A stretch of 64,000 nucleotides of DNA, taken from NCBI GenBank assembly GCA_963733295.1, contig CAVTCS010000003.1:1792001-1856000 (forward strand), in the 5' to 3' direction. The position numbers and the translations under genes are program-made. The DNA comes from Vulcanimicrobiota bacterium. Its GTDB lineage: Bacteria; Vulcanimicrobiota; Vulcanimicrobiia; Vulcanimicrobiales; Vulcanimicrobiaceae. Below the pieces are notes generated by a model. The model was not told the origin of the DNA and made no database searches. It saw nothing but the letters and a program-made list of their open reading frames with translations. Below are positions 37,291 through 45,211 of this stretch, piece after piece; position 1 is the stretch's first letter, and every line of letters starts with the position of its first letter.

Positions 37291-39405
37291 CTACGAGCCG
37301 GCCTGCACGTAAAACGAATCCTGATTCGAGGTGACCGGAGTGCCTTGCGTCGTTCCGGCACCGGTGATGACGTCGACGCGGTACGTGTAGTTCGACGTAT
37401 CGCCGGACTGCAGTACGTACGCTTCGACCGGCACCGAAAGCGAGATCGTCTGCGTCATCACGCCGTTCACGGCCGGAATCGACGGGTCGAAGTTCGCGGT
37501 TTGTCCGTCGGCGAAGACGACCTGCACCGCCATGATCGGCGGCGACGTGGCCGGCGCGGGAGCGCTGCTCGCCGCAGGAGCGGTGCCGGCGCCTACCGGC
37601 GCGGCGGTTGCGGCCGCAGCGAAGACCGAACTGAAGAGGATGACTTTGATGTCGCGCTTGACCGGTGCAACGACCTGGTTCTGCATGATCGCTTCCCAAA
37701 TCGCAGCCGGATCCGGCTCGACCTGAGTGTTGCTGTAGTCGAACTGCACCGAACACGAGCTGTCGATCGCCTGTCCCGCAGCCAGCTGCATGACGATCGT
37801 CAACGTATCCGGCGCGGGCGCGGCGCTCCCCGACGCGGCCGGTGCGCTTGAGACCGGCTTCAGATCGAGCGGCGGCGCAGGCTTGGTCTGTTGGGTCACG
37901 CTCGTCACCGGCACGCCGCCTTTGAGCAGCACGGCGGGCAAAGCGTCAACGTGAATCGGGCTCTCGATGCCGTTCTCCAGAACGACGGTCAGTTGGTTCT
38001 TGAGCGGATCGAACGAGGTCGTCGAGGCGAAGATGTCGCCGGCAAAATCGGAAGCGCTCGACTCGAACGGAATCTGTTCGACGTCCGAGCCGACCGTCAC
38101 GCTCACGACGCCGGAGAGCAGCTGCGTGACCTTTTCGAACAGCGCGGCGTAGACTTGACGGAACTGTGCCATCGAGAGCGCGAGCGAACACTTGATGCCG
38201 GCGGCGATGTCGATCTGAGCGCCGGCTTGCGCGACGAGGCCGGGCGCAGCCGACGGGTCGCTCGGAGGCACCGTCAGCGAAAGCGCCGTCGTGGTCGCTT
38301 CGAATAGACTGAGCGTGGGAAGCGCCGCCAGCCCGAGCGTCGTCTGAAGCGATTGCGCGGCGGCAGTCAGCCGGTTGGGGTCCCACACGGGAACCGCAAG
38401 AAAGGTCAGCGTGAAGGTGAGCGAGTTCGGATCGTCGCCGTTGGTGCTGACGACGATGCTCGGCGCGTGGGGCGGGGCGGGTTGCCGGCTGATCTTGAAC
38501 GAGTCCGGCAAGAAATATATCTGATTCGGTTGGTTGAGGTCTTGATAGTACGGATAGGAGCGCCCTTGCCAGCTGACTTGCTGGATGTTCCAGGATGGCG
38601 CTCCGCTTCCGATGTCGCTCAAACCGGCAAACACGTTCTTGTCGAGCACCGGATCGAAGCTGAACGGCAGCGTCGAATCGATGGCCGTGACCGCGGCACG
38701 ATAGAGCGGCTGCGCCGGCGGCGGCCCGGATGCCGGCGGAGGCACGGGAGTCGCCACACTGAACGAACGCCGCAGAATTAGTTTCGCTTGCGCCGCTTGA
38801 TCGGTCATCGCGTGATAGATCTGATCGCGGACCGCGGGATCGGTGACGACGAGCGAGAGGACGAGGTCGCCGGCCTCAGTCGTAGCCGTCCCGAAATCCC
38901 AGCTAGCGGCTTGTCCTTGCAGGTTCGCCGTCAACATGTAGCGTGTCGCGCTCGGAACGATCGCCGCGTTCCCTTGCGCGAGCGTCGTGGGACTGACGTC
39001 GGCGAGGTGTACCATCAGCGTGAAGCCCGCGGCGGTGGGCGCGAAGGTGACCCAGCGCTGCGAGGAGCCGCCGCTGCCTCGGGTCGCGACCGCGTACTGC
39101 TGCAGATAGTGTTTCTTCGTCGCGTCTTGCGGCTCTTCGAAAAGCGTCGAATCGACGGGCGGCGCGACGGGTGAAATCAAAGTCGGCAGCGCGAAACCGC
39201 TGCGCGGCTGCGGCGTGCCGAGGAACCACCCGAAGGACGGGTTGCGCATGTAGATGAGCGAGGGATTGAACGTGCTGCGCGTGGCCGAGGTCGCAACCGC
39301 GGTCGGAAACATCACGGGCCGCATAACGGCAGTCGGCGCCGTCACCGGCGCGGCTTGGGTAACCGGCCGTGGCGCGAACGTATGAAGCGTCATGAAGTTC
39401 GGCAT
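37291..39405 (-). CDS. Large uncharacterised protein E, first gene of the operon, with an apparently duplicated N-domain
   Basis: About 704 aa from ATG at 39405 (start uncertain). TLFEEPQDATKKHYL and PYYQDLNQPNQIYFLP both resemble the family N-terminal motif; C-terminal NYTYRVDV repeat. Confidence 0.75.
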   Translation of the reverse strand: MPNFMTLHTFAPRPVTQAAPVTAPTAVMRPVMFPTAVATSATRSTFNPSLIYMRNPSFGWFLGTPQPRSGFALPTLISPVAPPVDSTLFEEPQDATKKHYLQQYAVATRGSGGSSQRWVTFAPTAAGFTLMVHLADVSPTTLAQGNAAIVPSATRYMLTANLQGQAASWDFGTATTEAGDLVLSLVVTDPAVRDQIYHAMTDQAAQAKLILRRSFSVATPVPPPASGPPPAQPLYRAAVTAIDSTLPFSFDPVLDKNVFAGLSDIGSGAPSWNIQQVSWQGRSYPYYQDLNQPNQIYFLPDSFKISRQPAPPHAPSIVVSTNGDDPNSLTFTLTFLAVPVWDPNRLTAAAQSLQTTLGLAALPTLSLFEATTTALSLTVPPSDPSAAPGLVAQAGAQIDIAAGIKCSLALSMAQFRQVYAALFEKVTQLLSGVVSVTVGSDVEQIPFESSASDFAGDIFASTTSFDPLKNQLTVVLENGIESPIHVDALPAVLLKGGVPVTSVTQQTKPAPPLDLKPVSSAPAASGSAAPAPDTLTIVMQLAAGQAIDSSCSVQFDYSNTQVEPDPAAIWEAIMQNQVVAPVKRDIKVILFSSVFAAAATAAPVGAGTAPAASSAPAPATSPPIMAVQVVFADGQTANFDPSIPAVNGVMTQTISLSVPVEAYVLQSGDTSNYTYRVDVITGAGTTQGTPVTSNQDSFYVQAGS

Positions 39406-39858
39406 GCTCAGTACCGCCCGTGGGCCATGTTCTGCCTCCGAGATTCGAGGAAGGACTGCTTCTGGGGTGATGCTAGGCGACGGGGCGTCCTCAAAACGTC
39501 CCGCAGCAAACAGCGCGACTGCGGCAGCATTGCCGGTCCCGCAACTTGAATTTGCGCCGATCGAAAATCCGGCCTTATCAGGAATCGCACACTTGCCTGA
39601 GGCGCACTCATGCGGAACGCCTGACGCGGATGTTGCAAGTGTTGACGGCGGATGTGATCTGGAACACAATTTTGCGCGACCACGCGCAGTAGGGCATCCG
39701 TCGCGGCGGGGTACTTCGTGAGAAAGCGCCGCGCGCGAAGTCGCACGCGGCGGGCGTTTTTAAATAGGCCGAGAGTGCAGCTCGTCCGACGTGCTCCTCG
39801 ATTGCGTGATCGCGCCTTGCGAGTCCGAAAGCGCGTGCAGCGATCCTAGCGCAGCATT

Positions 39859-39902
39859 GTCAAGGAATGGTGAAGAGATCGTCAAGGAATTTTCAACGTC
39901 GC
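39859..39902. promoter_or_regulatory. 11-bp-period direct repeats in the divergent intergenic region
   Basis: GTCAAGGAATG (39859), GTGAAGAGATC (39870), GTCAAGGAATT (39881) and weaker TTCAACGTCGC (39892). Confidence 0.45.
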
Positions 39903-40010
39903 TTTCGCGCGCGTGTTTCCGCTTGGAATGAATGCGAGCAAGCGACGAAACGGCGAGGACGTTTTCAGGACACTTGCGGTGTAGGATGAGCGGGCAGGAG
40001 GTAAACCGCA

Positions 40011-40574
40011 ATGGCTTTATTGAGCGTCGCTCAAGTTGCTGCCAAGGGCGCACAGCAGCGCCCGGACTTTAAGATTTCGTGGCGCCCGGCGCTAGCCGCG
40101 TATGCGGCACAATATACGGCTGCAGCGAAGGCAACCGATCTCGTGCAGCCGTGCATGCTGGCCGCGATCGTCTGCCGGGAAACCGGCGGACAGAATATTT
40201 TGCAGATCGGCATGCCGCCCGGCGCCGGCTGCGGGGTCGGCTTGACCCAGATTACGAGCGGCGTCGACTGGAGCGTCTCGAGCGCTCCAACCTATCCGGG
40301 CTACGGACCGCTGCTCGACCCGCAAACGAACCTTAAGGTCTGCGCGGTCGAGTTTCTCGAACCGCTTCTCAACATGTTTTCCGACAATCACATCGCGGCA
40401 TTTGCCGCGTACAACGTCGGTGCGGGCAACGTGCAAGAGGAGCTCAAGGAAGGGGTCAGTCCCGACGCCTGGACGACGGGGCACGACTATGGGACGTCGG
40501 TCTTCGAGTCGTGGATCAACTTCACCGCGGCCTCGTGCGGCGACAACGTCGACTGGGCCAGCTACAAACCCTAA
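40011..40574 (+). CDS. GH23 goose-type lysozyme / lytic transglycosylase, copy 1
   Basis: AAIVCRETGG catalytic Glu, GLTQI, AAYNVG and TTGHDY motifs; RBS AGGAGG; no signal peptide. Confidence 0.85.
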   Translation: MALLSVAQVAAKGAQQRPDFKISWRPALAAYAAQYTAAAKATDLVQPCMLAAIVCRETGGQNILQIGMPPGAGCGVGLTQITSGVDWSVSSAPTYPGYGPLLDPQTNLKVCAVEFLEPLLNMFSDNHIAAFAAYNVGAGNVQEELKEGVSPDAWTTGHDYGTSVFESWINFTAASCGDNVDWASYKP

Positions 40575-40588
40575 TCCCGGAGGTCGGC

Positions 40589-41530
40589 ATGACCGGACAG
40601 ATCGGAAGCATTCTCGACGCCGCGCTCGTCCTCTCCGCGCTCTTTGTCGCCCTGAGTTGCGTTTGCTCGTTCGTCAACGAGCAGATCGCCGCGCTCTTGA
40701 GTTGGCGCGGACAAAAGCTCTACCTCGGCATCTTGAATTTGGTGAGCGGGACGGTGCCGCTGGTCGACGCCGTTTTTGCACATCCCTTGCTCGATGCCTC
40801 GTCAAACGACAAGAGCGGAATCTACCGCAAGAACTCGCCCAACCGGCCGTCCTACGTCGACGCGCGCAATTTTTCGATGGCCTTCTGGCAGAGCGTGCTC
40901 GCGGGCAAAGCCGCCCTGCCTGCCGGCTCGCCGGCTGTGGGCGCGGCCGCGACGGCCATCGTTACCGAGCCCAAAGTGTTTCTCGATGCGGTCCGCCAGA
41001 ACGCCCAAGCGATTCCCGACGAATCGCTACGGGCCAGCGTCTCCTCGCTGCTCGTTACCGCCGGCGACGACTACGAGAAGTTGCTCAAGGCCACCGATGC
41101 GTGGTTCAACGCCCAGATGGATCGCGTCTCGGGCTGGTACCGCCGGCAAACCCAGTACGTGCTGATCGGCATCGCCGCGATCGTGGTCATCGGCACGGGG
41201 CTGGACAGCATCGAGATCGGCAAGCATCTCTACGCCACGCCGATTGCGCTCAGCGCGGCCGCCGCGTCGATTCAGGGCGCCTTCCCGAACGGACAAGCCG
41301 ATCCGGCGAAACTGCAAGCGGCCTACACGACGGTGCTGGCGGGTGAAAACATGCAGCAGTTCCTTCACCCGCTCTTCCAAGATTTCGGCACGCACTATCC
41401 CGGCATGATCGCAACGTTAATCGCGCTTTCGCTGGGAACGCCGTTCTGGTTCGACGCACTGGGCAAACTCGTCAACGTCCGGATGGCCGGCGCCAAGCCG
41501 CCCTCCGCCCCTTCCTCTTCATCGACATAA
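40589..41530 (+). CDS. Conserved hypothetical membrane protein (3 hydrophobic segments)
   Basis: RBS GGAGG; N-terminal TM; PSYVDARNF, WFNAQMDRVSGWYRR and LGTPFWFDALGKL. Confidence 0.8.
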   Translation: MTGQIGSILDAALVLSALFVALSCVCSFVNEQIAALLSWRGQKLYLGILNLVSGTVPLVDAVFAHPLLDASSNDKSGIYRKNSPNRPSYVDARNFSMAFWQSVLAGKAALPAGSPAVGAAATAIVTEPKVFLDAVRQNAQAIPDESLRASVSSLLVTAGDDYEKLLKATDAWFNAQMDRVSGWYRRQTQYVLIGIAAIVVIGTGLDSIEIGKHLYATPIALSAAAASIQGAFPNGQADPAKLQAAYTTVLAGENMQQFLHPLFQDFGTHYPGMIATLIALSLGTPFWFDALGKLVNVRMAGAKPPSAPSSSST

Positions 41531-41547
41531 CGTCAAGGAGAACAACG

Positions 41548-42333
41548 ATGGCTCTTTTAGAAGGTTCGGGCGACGGCAGTTCCGTCGACGCCGGCACGAC
41601 TGATCCCGGTCCGAGCGACGGTGGCGCCGTCGCCGGAACGACGACCACAACGGTAGCGACCGACGGATCGAGCGACGCGGGTTCGAGCGACACGAGTTCG
41701 AGCGACGCGTCGACCACCACGCCGAGCGATGCGGGTTCCACCGACGCGTCGACCGCCACGACAAGCGACGCGGGTACGCCGGCGGCGCCCCCGATCGACT
41801 ATTCGGTCATGGTCGCGATTCCAACCGGCATCAACGACGGGCTCAGCTCGGCAGATCAGGCCACGATGCTGAACGCGCTGGGAAATCCGGGAACGCCGGA
41901 TCCTGGCTGCGGGCCGTCCTCCGCGGCACTGCAAAAACTCATGAAGACCGCGAGCGTTGGGCCGTTCCGCGTCACCGGGCTCGGCCCCGCAGTCGACGCG
42001 CTCACCCGCGTCTTCGCTGCCGTGCAGAGCGCCGAACCCGCGCTCTACAACCTGCTCGGAACGCAAGGTATGCTGTGCGTGCGCTACGTGCGCGGCTCGA
42101 CGACGAACTTCTCGAATCACTCGTGGGGAACCGCGATCGATCTCACGATCGGCGGCGTGCTCACACCGCGCGGCTCGACGACCGTCTCGCAAGGGCTGCT
42201 CAGCCTGTGTCCGTACATGCACGCCGAGCAGTTCTTCTGGGGCGCGGGCTTTAGTCCGACGCCCGACGGCATGCACTACGAAGCGTCGAACGAGCTCATC
42301 ACGCAGTGGAAAGCGAACGGGAGCATTCCATGA
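41548..42333 (+). CDS. M15-family Zn peptidase (peptidoglycan peptidase) with Ser/Thr/Asp-rich N-terminus
   Basis: CVRYVRG...SNHSWGTAIDL and DGMHYE motifs; the first ~80 aa are low complexity. Confidence 0.85.
   Translation: MALLEGSGDGSSVDAGTTDPGPSDGGAVAGTTTTTVATDGSSDAGSSDTSSSDASTTTPSDAGSTDASTATTSDAGTPAAPPIDYSVMVAIPTGINDGLSSADQATMLNALGNPGTPDPGCGPSSAALQKLMKTASVGPFRVTGLGPAVDALTRVFAAVQSAEPALYNLLGTQGMLCVRYVRGSTTNFSNHSWGTAIDLTIGGVLTPRGSTTVSQGLLSLCPYMHAEQFFWGAGFSPTPDGMHYEASNELITQWKANGSIP
41668..41775 (+). repeat. Degenerate coding tandem repeats ([TC]CG AGC GAC GCG/ACG; S-D-A/T units)
   Basis: Repeated GAGCGAC units are visible in the sequence and encode SSDAGSSDTSSSDAS. Confidence 0.6.
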
Positions 42334-43484
42334 GCGCGGACGAAACCGTCGCGAGCGACGGCGGCGTAACAACCGACACTTCCCCGAGCGACACGTCGAT
42401 ACAAGACGCCGGCGCGGCGGACCCATCCGGCGCACCGGTTTCGAGTTCGAGCGACGCCGCGTCGAGCGACGCGACGTCGAGCGACACGAGCACGAGCGAC
42501 ACGACAACCGATGCGCCGAGCGGCACACCCTCCGCAACGGCGACGATCGGCGGCTGGAGCGACGCGGTTGCGGGCGGCTGGAACGGCGCCGAACGCGGCG
42601 TCGGCAACGTGCGCCGCATTCCGCTCCAAGGGCTCAAACAAGTCAATCAGGATCCCGCGCCCAATCCCGCGACGGCCGAATCGGCGGCCGGTCGCGCCAT
42701 CCTGATCGTCCCGGCCTCGCTCGATGCGTCGCAACCGGTCGACGTGCTCTTACATCTGCACGGGCACAACATCGGCTACCGGCAGCGCGTCGCATCCAAT
42801 CTGCCCGATGCGGCCAGCGTGCGCGACGTGCTCGTCGATCAGATCGAAGATCAACTCGACCGGTCGGGGCGCGCGATGATCGCCGTGCTGCCGCAAGGCA
42901 CGCTCGTCTCCGGCTTCGCACCGAGCGGCGCTCTGTTCGACTGCGACTCGTTTCTCGATGAGGTCCTGAGCGCAGCGGTCACGGCGGGCGTGTGGTCCGC
43001 GGCGCCGACGGTTGCGCGCGTCGTGCTTTCCGGGCACAGCGGCGGCGGCAACACGATCGGGCCGATGGCGGGCCAGTCCGGGCAGCCACGCCTCCCCTCG
43101 AAGATCGAGGCGATGTTTCTGTTCGAGGCGATCAACGGAACAAACGAGCTGGCGGGGATCACGACCTACGTCACCCAAAAGCTCAATGCCGATCTAGCGG
43201 CTTTGGGAAGCGCCTCCGATCAGCTTGACTACCTCAAATCGAGCTTCCGTTTCCGCGGTGTGTACAACACGCAGGACGACTTCTACGCAACCAACTACGC
43301 GACGCTGACGCAAACGATCGCGGCGTGGTTCGCCAAGAACGCGGCTGCGCTCGGCGGAAAAGGCTCGGATGCCTACAACGCGTTCGCAGCGAACTACGTC
43401 GTCGTCAACCCGAACCCGTTCGTCGTTCACGACGGCCTCTTGGGCTCCGGGAACTTGCTCCTCGCCTTAGGGACGCTGCCATGA
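42330..43484 (+). CDS. Alpha/beta hydrolase-fold protein with Ser/Thr/Asp-rich N-terminus
   Basis: ATGA overlap with the M15 gene; VLLHLHGH and SGHSGGG nucleophile elbow; the first ~70 aa are low complexity. Confidence 0.75.
   Translation: MSADETVASDGGVTTDTSPSDTSIQDAGAADPSGAPVSSSSDAASSDATSSDTSTSDTTTDAPSGTPSATATIGGWSDAVAGGWNGAERGVGNVRRIPLQGLKQVNQDPAPNPATAESAAGRAILIVPASLDASQPVDVLLHLHGHNIGYRQRVASNLPDAASVRDVLVDQIEDQLDRSGRAMIAVLPQGTLVSGFAPSGALFDCDSFLDEVLSAAVTAGVWSAAPTVARVVLSGHSGGGNTIGPMAGQSGQPRLPSKIEAMFLFEAINGTNELAGITTYVTQKLNADLAALGSASDQLDYLKSSFRFRGVYNTQDDFYATNYATLTQTIAAWFAKNAAALGGKGSDAYNAFAANYVVVNPNPFVVHDGLLGSGNLLLALGTLP
42440..42510 (+). repeat. Degenerate coding tandem repeats, ~15-nt period (TCGAGCGACGCGACG-like)
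   Basis: TCGAGCGACGCCGCG TCGAGCGACGCGACG TCGAGCGACACGAGC ACGAGCGACACGACA, encoding SSDAA SSDAT SSDTS TSDTT. Confidence 0.7.
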
Positions 43485-43831
43485 GCGTGCAATCGACCCA
43501 GACTAGTGTCGAGATCGAATGGGACGACAGCGTCGTCATCATCTTCTCCTTTGCCGGTGCTGACGGCAAGATCTATTGCGGTTTTCCGCACGTCGTGCCG
43601 GCGTGGCAGAATCAGACCGGAACTCAGACGCAAGTCTCGGCAACCGTGCAGAAAATTCAGCAATCCGCGATGCAGATCAGCGGCGACCCAGGGACATGGG
43701 TCGAGACGGTCAAGCAAGGCGCCAGAAACGGAAAGATCACCGTCGTCTACGACGATTCGACCAACACGAACTACACGACGCAGACCGGGCAGCCATACCA
43801 GCTGCAGATCTTGTACAGTCTCACCGGTTGA
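43481..43831 (+). CDS. Small hypothetical protein (116 aa), last gene of the lysozyme operon
   Basis: ATGA overlap with the upstream stop; protein-like composition; followed by the palindrome ACGGGCCGGCCCGT. Confidence 0.7.
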   Translation: MSVQSTQTSVEIEWDDSVVIIFSFAGADGKIYCGFPHVVPAWQNQTGTQTQVSATVQKIQQSAMQISGDPGTWVETVKQGARNGKITVVYDDSTNTNYTTQTGQPYQLQILYSLTG

Positions 43832-43866
43832 CCCCCACGGGCCGGCCCGTTTCGACGCGCCGCTAA

Positions 43867-45168
43867 CTAAAGCGAATGGGGCGCAGCCCCGAGGTGCGGG
43901 CGCGTGCCCGCGGCGGGAAGACCGGCGCGATGGCTTGGGATGAGGTTGATCCCTACGAGCGTCGTGCCGTTGGGCACGAGCAGGACGCCGCTATTGCTGA
44001 ACGCCATGCCAAGGAGTGACACTCCGCCCCCGCCCGCCGCGGGATTGAAACCTAAGGGCAGTGCACCGTCAAACTTTCCCGTGTTGAGGTCATACGCATA
44101 GAGTGCGCCTGAGTAGCCGAGGATGTAGATGGTATTTCCAACGATCAACGGTTGGTACTGGGCAGTGTCTTGAATGGACAACGTGGTGTACGTCGGAAGT
44201 TTCGCTTTCCAAATCGGCAAGAAGTGCTGCAAGTCGAAACAAACGATCGCGTATCCGAAGTAGTCTATGCGCACGCCGCGATTAGCTTGGAATGCGGGTG
44301 CCGTCGAAACGAGCTCTGGCTCGCTGAACGTGCCGAAGCGCGCGTTGAGTATTGCGAGATTTCCATCATCGACATCACTATCGGTCGCGAACAACCAACC
44401 GCCGTACACGATCGGCGTGTCGTTGCCTCCTCCCGTGTCGTTTCCGGTCCCGTAGTACCAGAGCGGCTGCCCGGTTGCGGCAAGAAAGGCATACGTTTGC
44501 GGACCGGCTCCCGTGACCCACACGACGCCGCCGCCGACCGCCGGCGTCGACTCGCCACCGATGAGCCGCGCCACCGAGTCCCACACCCTCTTGCCGGTCG
44601 TTTGGCTGTAGGCGGTTAGGTGATAGCCGGACATCAGGTACACCAAACCGTACGCTGCCACCGGTCCACCGCCGTAGGGCGAGGCATTTATCGCGGCGCC
44701 CCGCCACAGCATCGCGCCGGTCTGCGCATTAAAGGCGTAGAGCACGGGGTCACCGGCTGCGTTCGCATTCGAGAGGTTGGCGAACACCCTGCCGTTGTCG
44801 TACGCGAGTCCGGTCCACGAGTGTCCGGTCCCCTGTTGCCAGAGAATCGCGCCCGTCGAAACGTTCAGCGCGATGATCGAAAAATTCGCAATGACGAACG
44901 CTTCGTTCTGGACGACGATCGGCGCGGTTTGCAGCAGGGTGAATTGGTCTTGCCAGCTCCATGACGGCAAATTGCCACCGTCCCATGCGATGCCGCCGGA
45001 GTGCATCGTGTCGACCTGAAACGAGGGCGGCATTGAGGGGGGTGGGGGCAGCTGGCGGCTAAAAACGGGCCCCCCCTGAACCTGCGCGGCAGCGGGCGCG
45101 TGCGGAAAAGCGGCAATCGAAAGCAGGAGAAAAAGCCCAATAGGCGCGCGCAGAAAAGCCTTGCCCAC
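43867..45168 (-). CDS. Secreted PQQ-like beta-propeller repeat protein
   Basis: Signal peptide from GTG at 45168; repeated A[LF]N..TG..LW blades. Confidence 0.8.
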   Translation of the reverse strand: MGKAFLRAPIGLFLLLSIAAFPHAPAAAQVQGGPVFSRQLPPPPSMPPSFQVDTMHSGGIAWDGGNLPSWSWQDQFTLLQTAPIVVQNEAFVIANFSIIALNVSTGAILWQQGTGHSWTGLAYDNGRVFANLSNANAAGDPVLYAFNAQTGAMLWRGAAINASPYGGGPVAAYGLVYLMSGYHLTAYSQTTGKRVWDSVARLIGGESTPAVGGGVVWVTGAGPQTYAFLAATGQPLWYYGTGNDTGGGNDTPIVYGGWLFATDSDVDDGNLAILNARFGTFSEPELVSTAPAFQANRGVRIDYFGYAIVCFDLQHFLPIWKAKLPTYTTLSIQDTAQYQPLIVGNTIYILGYSGALYAYDLNTGKFDGALPLGFNPAAGGGGVSLLGMAFSNSGVLLVPNGTTLVGINLIPSHRAGLPAAGTRPHLGAAPHSL

Positions 45169-45211
45169 GGCTCCATTGTAGCACGCGCGAGCGCGCCCTA
45201 AGACTCGGGAC

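Noticed and set aside
35692..37851. 719-aa plus-strand ORF (and similar long ORFs such as 16694-18247 +, 31679-33142 +, 34430-36085 -, 55424-56893 +)
   Set aside because: Arg-rich shadow or alternative-frame ORFs overlapping well-supported genes, as expected in high-GC DNA; no motifs.
28469..39405. Interpretation as phage tail, eCIS, T6SS or Tc toxin locus
   Set aside because: I could not recognise sheath, tube, baseplate, VgrG/PAAR, tape-measure, RHS/YD or ALF-repeat signatures. A remote structural relationship cannot be excluded without a search.
39430..40010. Short ORFs in the divergent region and the 39669 upstream start for gene E
   Set aside because: Atypical composition and no RBS; the region is better explained as promoters.
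41668..42510. CRISPR array or non-coding repeat array
   Set aside because: The repeats are short, degenerate, in-frame coding units without unique spacers; no cas genes.
43837..43850. Palindrome ACGGGCCGGCCCGT as a terminator
   Set aside because: Short stem and only a weak T tract, so not called as a feature, though it may be a bidirectional stop between convergent genes.
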